This document shows positions 39,248 through 48,302 of a stretch of DNA of 64,000 nt, in pieces (within the stretch, counting starts at the first letter, position 1; each line of letters opens with the position of its first letter). Below the pieces are notes generated by a model. The model was given only the letters and a program-made list of their open reading frames with translations, was not told the origin of the DNA and ran no database searches. Position numbers and translations under genes: made by a program. Source of the DNA: an uncultured Gemmatimonadales bacterium. GTDB taxonomy: Bacteria > Gemmatimonadota > Gemmatimonadetes > Gemmatimonadales > Gemmatimonadaceae. The DNA is taken from positions 128,001 through 192,000 of the forward strand of contig CAWKNZ010000002.1 of the NCBI GenBank assembly GCA_963851265.1, written 5' to 3'.

Positions 39248-40603
39248 ATGACAACTCCCGAGATCTCCGCGCTCGACATTCCGATCGAGACCTACACGCT
39301 GCCGAACGGGCTGTGCGTGTCGCTGTCCGAGGATCATTCCGCGCCCGTCGTCGCCGTCAACCTGTGGTATCACGTGGGGTCGGCCAACGAGCGCGCGGGG
39401 CGGACGGGGTTCGCCCACCTGTTCGAGCACATGCTCTTTCAGGGGTCAGCCAACGTGGGGGCGAACGAGCACTTCGAACTCGTCCAGCGCGCGGGGGGAA
39501 CGCTCAACGGCTCGACGTGGCTCGACCGGACGAACTACTTCGAGACGGTGCCGAGCAACCAGCTGGCGCTCGCGCTGTGGCTGGAGGCGGACCGGATGGC
39601 GCGCCTGCTGCCGGCGATGACGCAGGAGAAGCTGGACACGCAGCGCGACGTCGTGAAGAACGAGCGCCGGTGGAGCATGGACAACCAGCCGTACGGGACC
39701 TGGTGGGAGAAGCTCCCGGCGCTCGCGTACCCCGAGACGCATCCGTTCCACCACTCGCTCATCGGGTCGATGGCCGACCTCGACGCGGCGTCGCTGGAGG
39801 ACGTGCGGCAGTTCTTCGCGACGTACTACACGCCCGACAACGCGGTGCTCACCGTGGCCGGCGATTTCGAACCGGGCGAGGCGAAAGCGCTCATCGCGGA
39901 GCTGTACGGCCCGATCCCGCGCGGCGCGGGCAGGCCCCCGCTTCCGCCGATGGAGCTGCCGGCGACGTTCGGGCGGACGCTGCGCGAGGAGGTCGCCGAC
40001 GACGTGCAGCTGCCGCGCGTGTTCCTCGCGTTCCGGATCCCGCCTTTCGGGGCGGACGGGCACTACGTGGCCGAGATGGGGGCCGCGGTGCTGGGGATGC
40101 GGCAGGGCAGTCGGCTCGTGCGGGCGCTCGTCCGCGAGCAGCAGGTGGCGACCGACGTGCACGCGTTCACGTACGACCTGCCCAAGGGCGCCGACCTGCT
40201 CGTCATCGACGCGGTAGCGCGGCCGGGGGTGAGCGCGGCGCAGCTGGAGGCGGCGATCGCGGCCGAGGTCGATCGCGTGCGTACGGAGGGCGTTTCGGAA
40301 GCGGAGCTCGAGCGGGCGCGGGCGCTCGTCGAGAGCGGGTTCATCGTGGCGCTGCAGTCGGCGGGGGACCGGGCCGACCAGATCTCGCGCTTCGCGTGCT
40401 ACTTCGGCGACCCGACCCTCGTGAACGCGCAGGTGGCGCGGTATCAGGCGGTGACGGCCGAGCAGGTGACCGCGTTCGCCCGCGAGACGTTGGGGGAGGA
40501 CAACCGGGCGTACCTCGTGTACGTGCCGCGCGCCGGCGCGGACGAGGGCGCGCTCGACGCCGAAGTGCTCGGCACCGACGCGCTGACCGAGGTGATCGCG
40601 TGA
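39248..40603 (+). CDS. M16 zinc peptidase, catalytic subunit, no signal peptide
   Basis: HLFEHMLF; YTPDNA. Confidence 0.93.
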   Translation: MTTPEISALDIPIETYTLPNGLCVSLSEDHSAPVVAVNLWYHVGSANERAGRTGFAHLFEHMLFQGSANVGANEHFELVQRAGGTLNGSTWLDRTNYFETVPSNQLALALWLEADRMARLLPAMTQEKLDTQRDVVKNERRWSMDNQPYGTWWEKLPALAYPETHPFHHSLIGSMADLDAASLEDVRQFFATYYTPDNAVLTVAGDFEPGEAKALIAELYGPIPRGAGRPPLPPMELPATFGRTLREEVADDVQLPRVFLAFRIPPFGADGHYVAEMGAAVLGMRQGSRLVRALVREQQVATDVHAFTYDLPKGADLLVIDAVARPGVSAAQLEAAIAAEVDRVRTEGVSEAELERARALVESGFIVALQSAGDRADQISRFACYFGDPTLVNAQVARYQAVTAEQVTAFARETLGEDNRAYLVYVPRAGADEGALDAEVLGTDALTEVIA

Positions 40604-41982
40604 CCGGCGTCGAGGCGAGCGAGGCACCACCGCGCCCGGATCCGGGCGAGCCGCGGCCCTACCACTTTCCGCATTTCGAGCGGCGGCAGCTGCCCAACGG
40701 GCTGCGGCTCGTGGTGGCGCCCGTGCACCGGCTGCCGCTCGTGAGCGTGGTGGTCGTGGTGGATGCGGGCGCGGCGAGCGATCCGGCGGGCAAGGAAGGG
40801 CTCGCCGTGCTCACGGCGCGCGCGCTGGTCGAGGGCACCGCGTCGATGGACGCCGTCGCGCTCGTCGAGCGCGTGGAAGGGCTCGGTTCTGCGCTCGACA
40901 GCGGGGCGGACTGGGACGCGGCGGTCGTCTCGCTCACCGCGCTCGCGCCCAAGCTGGCCGAAGCGTTCGAGGTACTGGCCGACGTCCTCGTGCGCCCGGC
41001 GTTCCCGGGGCGCGAGGTGGAGCGGCTGAAGGGCGAGCGGCTGGCCGAACTGCTCCACACGCGGTCGGACCCGCGCGGGCTGGCGGAGGAGGCGTTCGCG
41101 CGAGCGGTGTACGCGGCCGGGTCGCGGTACGCGCGCGCCGAGGCGGGGGGCGAGATGTCCGTGTCGGGGCTCACCGGCGCGGACGTGCGCGCGTTCCACG
41201 CGGCGCGCTACCAACCCGCGGCAACGACGGTGATCGTGGCCGGCGACGTCACGGTGGACGTGGCCGAGTCCCTCGTCGCGCGGACGCTCGGGGGCTGGAG
41301 CGGGGCGGCGGTGCCGGCGCTCGTGCCGGCCGACGCGCCCGGCGCGACCACGCGGCGCGTGCACCTCGTGCCGAAGGCGGACGCGGCGCAGAGCGAGGTG
41401 CGGCTCGGGCACGTCGGGGTGCCGCGAGCGACGCCGGACTACTTCCCGCTGCTCGTCATGAACAGCATCCTCGGCGGCCTGTTCAACTCGCGGGTCAACA
41501 TGAACCTGCGCGAGCGGCACGGCTACACGTACGGCGCGCGGTCGGGCTTCGACTGGCGGCGCGGGGCGGGGCCGTTCTCGGTGGACAGCGCCGTGGCGAG
41601 CGACGTGACCGTCGCGGCCGCTCGCGAGATGCTCACCGAGATCGACCGCATGCGCGAGGAGGCGGTGGGCGACGACGAGCTCTCGCTCGCGACGAGCTAC
41701 CTCGACGGCGTGTTCCCGATCCGCTACGAGACGACTGCCGCGATCGCGGGCGCGCTGGCGAGTGCGGTGGTGTACGGCCTGCCGGACGAGTACTTCGACG
41801 AGTATCGGGCACGCGTGCGCGGCGTGACGGCGGCAGCGGTGCAGGGGGTGGCGCGCGAGTATCTGCGCCCCGAGGCCCTGCAGCTGCTCGTCGTCGGCGA
41901 CCCGGCGGCGGTCCGCGAGCCGCTCGAGGCGCTGGGTTTCGGAGAACTCGTCGTGCACGACATCGACGCGGTGGTGCGCTGA
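40600..41982 (+). CDS. M16 peptidase, non-catalytic subunit, no signal peptide
   Basis: LRERHGYTYG; GTGA overlap with the upstream gene. Confidence 0.92.
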   Translation: MTGVEASEAPPRPDPGEPRPYHFPHFERRQLPNGLRLVVAPVHRLPLVSVVVVVDAGAASDPAGKEGLAVLTARALVEGTASMDAVALVERVEGLGSALDSGADWDAAVVSLTALAPKLAEAFEVLADVLVRPAFPGREVERLKGERLAELLHTRSDPRGLAEEAFARAVYAAGSRYARAEAGGEMSVSGLTGADVRAFHAARYQPAATTVIVAGDVTVDVAESLVARTLGGWSGAAVPALVPADAPGATTRRVHLVPKADAAQSEVRLGHVGVPRATPDYFPLLVMNSILGGLFNSRVNMNLRERHGYTYGARSGFDWRRGAGPFSVDSAVASDVTVAAAREMLTEIDRMREEAVGDDELSLATSYLDGVFPIRYETTAAIAGALASAVVYGLPDEYFDEYRARVRGVTAAAVQGVAREYLRPEALQLLVVGDPAAVREPLEALGFGELVVHDIDAVVR

Positions 41983-42569
41983 TGACGGCGCGCGCGGCGC
42001 CGCGTCCGGCGGCGCGTCCCGCGGCGCGTCCGGCGAGGCGTCCGGCGGGGACCAAGGCCCCCAAGGCCGGCGAGGTGCGTCAGGCGACGCTCGTCGACGG
42101 CACGCCGCTGCCGTTCGAGATCAGGCGGTCGGCGATCCAGGGGATGGGTGCGTTCGCCACGCGGCGGCTGCGCAAGGGGCAGCGGCTGGCGGAGTACGAG
42201 GGGGAGCACATCGACCAAGCCGAAGCGGATCGGCGGTACGCCGAGGCGGGCATGAGGCGGCACCACACGTTCCTGTTCACGCTCGACGAGGACGAGGTGA
42301 TCGACGGGAAGCGGGCGGGGAACGACTCGCGGTTCATCAACCACTCGTGCGAGCCCAACTGCGAGGCGTGGATCGACGGCGGGCGGATCTTCATCCACGC
42401 GTTGAAGAACATCCAGCCCGGGACCGAGCTCACGTACGACTATCAGTACGAACGGACCGAGGCGCACACGGCGGAGGACGAGCAGTTCTATGCATGCCGG
42501 TGTGGGACGCCGAGCTGTCGGGGGACGATCCTGGCGCCGCGGAAGAAGGGGAGGGGGCGAACGGCGTAG
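41982..42569 (+). CDS. SET-domain protein-lysine methyltransferase with post-SET
   Basis: GMGAFA, RFINHSCEPN, ELTYDY, CRCGTPSCRG. Confidence 0.93.
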   Translation: MTARAAPRPAARPAARPARRPAGTKAPKAGEVRQATLVDGTPLPFEIRRSAIQGMGAFATRRLRKGQRLAEYEGEHIDQAEADRRYAEAGMRRHHTFLFTLDEDEVIDGKRAGNDSRFINHSCEPNCEAWIDGGRIFIHALKNIQPGTELTYDYQYERTEAHTAEDEQFYACRCGTPSCRGTILAPRKKGRGRTA

Positions 42570-42706
42570 GTGACGAGGCAGGCGCTGGCCGGCGCACCGG
42601 GTGCGGGGGTCGGCTGGTGTCCGCGCCGGGAGGCGGGTCGCGGTACGATGGGTGCTCGGGACGGGGCGGTTTGCGTTAACACGTTCGTTCCTCTCGCGTC
42701 CACCTC

Positions 42707-43267
42707 ATGCCCGACCACGTCGAACCCGGAAAAGTCTCCTCGCAGCGCGTCTACACCGGTCGCATCGTGCACCTGGACGTCGACACGGTGCGTTTCCCCG
42801 ACGGGTCGACGGGGGAGCTGGAGATGTTCCGGCACCCGGGCGCGAGCGCGGTGGTGCCGTTCCTGTCGGACCCGGCGGGAGACGATCCGCAGGTGCTGCT
42901 GATCCGGCAGTACCGATATGCGACGGGAGGCTACCTGTGGGAGGTGCCCGCGGGTCGGTTGGAGCCGGGGGAGGATCCGGCGGTGTGTGCCGGACGCGAG
43001 CTGCAGGAAGAAACCGGATGCACGGCGGACCGTATTGAGCGGCTGACGACGATCTGGACCACGCCAGGTTTCTGCGACGAGCAGATCCACCTGTTCATGG
43101 CGACCGGGCTCACGCGCGGGGAGGCGCACCGCGAGAAGGACGAGTTCCTGACGGTGGAGCCGCGGGCGTTGTCGGAGGCGTTGACGATGATCGAGCGGGG
43201 AGAGATCCGGGACGGGAAGACGGTGTCGTCGCTGCTCTTCGTGGCCGGGTTTCGACTGGGGCGGTAA
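42707..43267 (+). CDS. NUDIX hydrolase (ADP-ribose pyrophosphatase-like)
   Basis: HPGAS, RQYRY, EVPAGRLEPGEDPAVCAGRELQEETG. Confidence 0.92.
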   Translation: MPDHVEPGKVSSQRVYTGRIVHLDVDTVRFPDGSTGELEMFRHPGASAVVPFLSDPAGDDPQVLLIRQYRYATGGYLWEVPAGRLEPGEDPAVCAGRELQEETGCTADRIERLTTIWTTPGFCDEQIHLFMATGLTRGEAHREKDEFLTVEPRALSEALTMIERGEIRDGKTVSSLLFVAGFRLGR

Positions 43268-43507
43268 TACTGCTACATGTACTAGACAGCAGAAGTGTCC
43301 TCGCGGGTGTCGCGTCGTGTGGACAACCGGACCGGCCGGGGCTAGATTGGGGTTGGGGCATAAGGGGGTCGATCGCGTTGCGTGTCAACGAGTTGCACGC
43401 GACGCGGGGCTGACGCGTTGAAGGGCACGCAGGGTGCCGTTCACGCGGCCAGGGGACATCCGGACCGCTACGTCGCACGCAGGCGCAGGCATCTCGGGGG
43501 GACACAG

Positions 43508-44161
43508 ATGGCGGACGTCGCACTCAAGCGCGGGACCTCGCAGCTCACCGCCGCCCAGCAGGGCGCCGCGGTGCGCGAACAGCTGCGCACGATGGAGGAC
43601 GGCGACGTGGTCGCCAGCTTCCTCGGCGGCGAGGAGCGCGCGTTTCAGGAACTCGTGTCGCGGTACCAGACGCGGCTGCTGAATTTCATCTATCGCACGA
43701 TCGGCGACCGGGAGAAGGCGGAGGACCTCGTCCAGGAGGTGTTCATCCGCGTGTACCGTCACATCGGCCGCTTCGACCGCTCGAAGAAGTTTTCGACCTG
43801 GATCTACACGATTGCCAGCAACCTGGCGAAGAACGAGCTGCGCAATCGATCGCGCAATCCGCTCGTGCTCTTCCAGGCGATCAAGAAGACCAGCCAGGAG
43901 GACGACCGTCCGCTGCAGTTCGAGGATTCGGCGAGTCGGCCGGACGACCTCTACCGCAAGCGCCACCTGCGCGAGCTCGTCGAGGACAGCGTGGCCAAGC
44001 TGCCGGCGCACCACCGCGAGGTGTTCGTGCTGCGCGAGCTCGAAGGCAAGAGTTACGAGGAGATCGCCGAGATCACGAACACCAACCTCGGGACGGTCAA
44101 GTCGCGGCTGAACCGGGCGCGGAACAGCTTCGCGGATCTGATCGAGCCGAAGCTGCGGTAG
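43508..44161 (+). CDS. ECF RNA polymerase sigma factor (RpoE/SigW-like)
   Basis: AEDLVQEVF, FSTWIYTIA, SYEEIAE...GTVKSRLNRAR. Confidence 0.95.
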   Translation: MADVALKRGTSQLTAAQQGAAVREQLRTMEDGDVVASFLGGEERAFQELVSRYQTRLLNFIYRTIGDREKAEDLVQEVFIRVYRHIGRFDRSKKFSTWIYTIASNLAKNELRNRSRNPLVLFQAIKKTSQEDDRPLQFEDSASRPDDLYRKRHLRELVEDSVAKLPAHHREVFVLRELEGKSYEEIAEITNTNLGTVKSRLNRARNSFADLIEPKLR

Positions 44162-44193
44162 ACGATCGCACGGCAGGACGACCAACGATCGTG

Positions 44194-44228
44194 GAGACGG
44201 GCGCCCGGGCAGGGCGCCCGTTTCGTTT
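44194..44228 (+). terminator. Rho-independent terminator between sigma and anti-sigma genes
   Basis: GAGACGGGCGCCC-gggca-GGGCGCCCGTTTC followed by GTTT. Confidence 0.65.
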
Positions 44229-44347
44229 GCGCGGCCCTCATGCGTCGGGGCACGCGGCGTGACCGTACGTGACCGTACATGAACATCCGGAACCCGCGGG
44301 GGGCGGAGCGGGTACCGGACGCCGATGTCATTCACCGCTGCCCCGTC

Positions 44348-45136
44348 ATGGACTGCACCGACTTTCGCCGGCATCACCTCGCGTACCTAGACGACACCCT
44401 GCCGGGTGACGTGCTCGTGGCGGCGGAGCGGCACCGCGTCGAGTGTGCCGCGTGCGGCGCGCACGACACGCTCGTGCGGCGGTCGCTCCTCCTCGCGCGC
44501 AACCTGCCGAGCATCGAGCCGTCGGCGGACTTCACGGCGCGTCTGGACGCGAGGCTGCGCGAGGTGCGCGCCGAAGGACGCGCGGACGTGAAAGAGCTGG
44601 CGTGGGCGGAGGCGCGCTGGAACGGGGCGGCGTGGTACGAGCGCCTGGTGCAAGACGCCGGGGGGTGGGGGCGGCAGGCGGTTGGCGCGGCGGTGGTGCT
44701 CGCGGCCGTCTCGGCCGGGTACGCGATGGGCGGCGGCCGCGACGGCACGCGCGAGCCCGCGACGGGCGCCGGGGCGGTCGCGGCGCCGCCGCCCGCCGCG
44801 TCGACGTTGGGCGCGCGCGCGGCGGACGGCGGCACCGTGTTAGGCGCGGCCGTGGTGGCGGCGCCGGCCGGGATCGCGGCGCACGCGGCGCGGCGCCGGG
44901 ACGGCACCCGGGCGACGGTCGACCCGTCGACCGTCGCCCGCGACGCCGAGGACCTCAACCCGCCCGCCTACATCCCGCTGCCGGCGGGCGCGGTCGAGGC
45001 GAGCGCGCTGCTCGGGCCGGCGTCGGCCGGGATCCCGGTGTGGCCGGCAGCCCTGCTCGCCGGTGAGGCGCCGTTCCAGCTGCGGGCGGCGGGACGCGGC
45101 GCGCCGTCGTTGCGCGTGGTCGGACTGTCGCACTAG
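44348..45136 (+). CDS. Zinc-finger (ZAS/zf-HC2) anti-sigma factor
   Basis: MDC...YLD...HRVECAAC (HxxxCxxC); one TM helix; follows the ECF sigma gene. Confidence 0.85.
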   Translation: MDCTDFRRHHLAYLDDTLPGDVLVAAERHRVECAACGAHDTLVRRSLLLARNLPSIEPSADFTARLDARLREVRAEGRADVKELAWAEARWNGAAWYERLVQDAGGWGRQAVGAAVVLAAVSAGYAMGGGRDGTREPATGAGAVAAPPPAASTLGARAADGGTVLGAAVVAAPAGIAAHAARRRDGTRATVDPSTVARDAEDLNPPAYIPLPAGAVEASALLGPASAGIPVWPAALLAGEAPFQLRAAGRGAPSLRVVGLSH

Positions 45137-45496
45137 GTCGCGCCGACCGCCTGGAACCGCGGGGCACGGCGCGACGCGCGCGCGACGACGCCCAGGTCTG
45201 ATCGGACCCCCGGTCCCCTGCGCCGCGCCCGGCGCCTAACAGCAGGCAGCGGGACGCTGGGTGCGCGGCGCGTGACGGAACCGGCACGCCGGCGCCCGGT
45301 GGACGGCAGCGCTCGGCGGGACGGGCCGCGCGTACGGCAGCCGGCGGACGCGGGACTGCTCGGACCTCGCGTGCCCTGGCGGCCGCGCCCGCAGGCGTGG
45401 GCTTGGACCTCGTCCGCGGTACCTTTCGCGCCAGCCCGCGCCCCCGGCTCGCGATCGCGCGCCCGGCCCCGCTGCCCTCACCCCGCACCCGCCCGC

Positions 45497-47119
45497 ATGT
45501 ACCGCATCCTCGTGACCGACGACGTCGACCGCGACGGGCTCGCGCTGCTCGCCGCCGACCCGCGCCTGCAGGTGGACGAAGTGCCCACACTCCCGGCCGC
45601 GGCGTTGCTCGAGCGGATCGGTGGGTACGACGCGATCGTCGGCCGGAGCGCCACGAAGATCTCGCCCGAGTTGCTCGAAGCGGGGACGCGACTGAAGGTG
45701 GTCGGCCGCGCCGGGGTGGGCGTCGACAACGTGGCGATGGACGTGGCGACGTCGCTGGGGGTGGCGGTGATCAACGCGCCCGCGGGCAACACGGTCGCGG
45801 TGGCGGAGCTGTTCTTCGGCACGGTGCTCGGGCTCTTGCGGGAACTGCCGCGCGCGGACGCTGCGATGCGCGCGGGGCGCTGGGACCGCGCGAGCTTTCT
45901 GGGTGCGGAGCTCAAGGGGCGCACGATCGGCATCGTGGGGCTCGGGCGCATCGGGGGCGAGGTGTCGGCGCGGGCGCACGCGTTCGGCGCGGAGGTGGTC
46001 GCGTTCGACCCGTACGTGGCCGACGGCCGCTTCGCCGCGCTGCGGGTGCGCCGGGCGGCGACGCTCGACCTGCTGGCCGAGGAGGCGGACGTGCTGACGG
46101 TTCACACGCCGCTCACCGACGAGACGCGCGGGCTGGTGGGGCGGCGCGAGCTGGGGCGGCTCAAGCCGGGGTCGATCGTCGTGAACATGGCGCGGGGCGG
46201 GATCATCGACGAGGCGGCGCTGCTCGCGGTGCTGCAGGACGGGCTGCCCGGCGGCGGCGCGCTGCGCGGCGCGGTGCTCGACGTGTACGCGAGCGAGCCG
46301 CCGCCGCCGGAGCACCCGTTCCGGCACCTGCCTAACGTGTTCCTGACGCCGCACCTGGGCGCCAACACGGCCGAGGCGCAGCGGAACGTGGCGGTGGACG
46401 TGTGCGCCGCGGTGCGCGACGCGCTCGTGTCGGGCGAGCTGTCGCGGTCGATGAACGTGGCCGGCGCGGACGGGGCGGGCGGGTCGTGGGCCGCGCTCGG
46501 GCCGGCGATGCTGGTGGCGCGCCGCGCGGCCGCGGTGGCGCGCGCGGTGCTCGCCGACCTCGGCGTGCGCGCGGTGCAGCGGCTCACGCTGCGGGCGGGG
46601 GCGGGGCTCGCCGCGGGCCGTGAGGCCCTGCTGGGCGCGGCGGCGCTCGGCGCGGTCGAGGGCGTGGTGGAGCAGGAGCGGCTGAACCTGATCAACGCGC
46701 GCGCGGTGGCCGCGGGGCGCGGGCTGGAGCTGGCCGCGGGCGAGAGCGAGGCGCTCGCGCCCAACGCGATCGAGGTGTCGGTGCGCGGCGCGATGCAGGA
46801 GCTCACCGTGGCCGGCATCGCGCCCGCCGACGGGAGCCCGCGCCTGACGCGCATCGGGGCGTTCCCGGTGGACGTGAACCCGCGGCAGACGCTGCTCGTG
46901 CTCACCAACCGCGACGTGCCGGGCGTGATCGGGCGCGTCGGCACCCTGTTAGGCACCGCGGGCGTGAACATCGCCGAGTACCACCAGGCGCGGCTGGCGC
47001 AGGGGGGCGAGGCGCTGGCCGTGATCGCCGTGGACGGCGTGGTCGGGGAGGCGGTGCGCGAGGCGCTCCGCGACCTGCCCGAGGTGCACGGCGCGGCGGT
47101 GTCGACCTACCGTGGGTGA
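45497..47119 (+). CDS. serA: D-3-phosphoglycerate dehydrogenase
   Basis: GRAGVGVDNV, GLGRIG, NMARGG, TPHLGA; C-terminal ACT domain. Confidence 0.95.
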   Translation: MYRILVTDDVDRDGLALLAADPRLQVDEVPTLPAAALLERIGGYDAIVGRSATKISPELLEAGTRLKVVGRAGVGVDNVAMDVATSLGVAVINAPAGNTVAVAELFFGTVLGLLRELPRADAAMRAGRWDRASFLGAELKGRTIGIVGLGRIGGEVSARAHAFGAEVVAFDPYVADGRFAALRVRRAATLDLLAEEADVLTVHTPLTDETRGLVGRRELGRLKPGSIVVNMARGGIIDEAALLAVLQDGLPGGGALRGAVLDVYASEPPPPEHPFRHLPNVFLTPHLGANTAEAQRNVAVDVCAAVRDALVSGELSRSMNVAGADGAGGSWAALGPAMLVARRAAAVARAVLADLGVRAVQRLTLRAGAGLAAGREALLGAAALGAVEGVVEQERLNLINARAVAAGRGLELAAGESEALAPNAIEVSVRGAMQELTVAGIAPADGSPRLTRIGAFPVDVNPRQTLLVLTNRDVPGVIGRVGTLLGTAGVNIAEYHQARLAQGGEALAVIAVDGVVGEAVREALRDLPEVHGAAVSTYRG

Positions 47120-47153
47120 CGCGCGCGCTCCCGACTTCTTGACCTCCGATTCC

Positions 47154-47588
47154 GTGCATCACACCCCGGGTTTTCTCCGCTTCGTCGACGCCGTGCGCCC
47201 CCGCGTGCGCGAGGTCTCGGTGCCCGACGCGCGGGCGCGCATGGCCGCGGGCGCCCGCCTCCTCGACGTGCGCGAGGACGACGAGTGGGCCGTCGGCCAC
47301 GCCGCGGGCGCCGAGCACCTGGGCCGCGGCGTGCTGGAGCGCGACGTCGAGACGCGCGTGCCCGACCCGGGTACCGAGCTGCTGCTGTACTGCGGCGGCG
47401 GGTACCGCTCGGCGCTCGCCGTCGACACGCTCCAGCGTATGGGCTACACGAACGTCTTCTCGGTCGAAGGCGGGTGGCGCGGCTGGCACGCCGCGGGCGC
47501 ACCCATCGTCGGCGAGCCGCCCGCGCCCGAGCCGCCCGAGCCGCCCGCCGCTCCGGGGCCTGCAGTTCCGTCGCCCGCCGCTCCGTGA
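47154..47588 (+). CDS. Rhodanese-domain protein
   Basis: LDVREDDEW, YCGGGYRSA, EGGWRGW. Confidence 0.9.
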   Translation: MHHTPGFLRFVDAVRPRVREVSVPDARARMAAGARLLDVREDDEWAVGHAAGAEHLGRGVLERDVETRVPDPGTELLLYCGGGYRSALAVDTLQRMGYTNVFSVEGGWRGWHAAGAPIVGEPPAPEPPEPPAAPGPAVPSPAAP

Positions 47589-47608
47589 CTTCTGACCCCA
47601 ACCGTCGC

Positions 47609-47935
47609 ATGAGCGCCGACCGGCCTTCCGATCCGCACCTCGTGCCCGCGTGGCTGCTGGGCCGCTGGCGGCTGCTGCGCGCGGAGCCCGGGCTCGACTT
47701 CGCGCCGGGCGTGGCGATGGAATTCCTCACCGGTGGACGGCTGCGCTACTCGTTCGACGTCGGCGAGCGCACGCAGGTGCTGGCACTCGTCTATCAAGTG
47801 GAGGGCAACGTGCTGCGCACCGACAACCCGCGCGCGCCGCACGCGGTCGAGACGCACTACCGCCTGGGAGAGGCCGGGGTGCTCGAGTTCGACTTCTCGG
47901 GCGTGCGCGCGTGGTTCGTGAAGGAGAGCGTCTGA
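47609..47935 (+). CDS. Hypothetical small beta-rich protein
   Basis: LLGRWRL N-terminus (lipocalin-like GxW); coding-like codon usage. Confidence 0.6.
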   Translation: MSADRPSDPHLVPAWLLGRWRLLRAEPGLDFAPGVAMEFLTGGRLRYSFDVGERTQVLALVYQVEGNVLRTDNPRAPHAVETHYRLGEAGVLEFDFSGVRAWFVKESV

Positions 47936-48302
47936 TACCCAACCGTTTGCCTTGACGCGCGCGCCCGTGATGCGTAGCGTGGCGGACCGCCGCGCGCACG
48001 TACCCGAGACCGTACGGGGCACGATCCCGCGCCCACCGCTCCGCGCCCTTCCACCGCCGATGCGCCTCCCACTCACTGCCGTCACCCCCGCCGCCCGGCG
48101 CATCGCGCCGGCGTGGGGAGGCGCGCGCCCGACCGTCGTGGTCGTCGCGGCGGGCGCATGAGGAGGCTGCACAGGGACTAGCGCGCGCGCCACCCGGCCG
48201 CCGCCGGCGCGCCACACGCGCCGCGAGACGCCTCACCTGTGCCCGACCGGCCGGTGGGGCGTTTCGCGTTCATCCCTTTCTCTTGTCCGCACGGAGCGGC
48301 GC

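Noticed and set aside
45137..45496. Riboswitch or ncRNA in the 360-bp serA leader
   Set aside because: Only generic GC hairpins and no conserved riboswitch motif that I can recognise; an Infernal search would be needed.
47952..48161. 69-aa ORF between the hypothetical gene and MATE
   Set aside because: No RBS or motif and low-complexity composition; not supportable as a gene.
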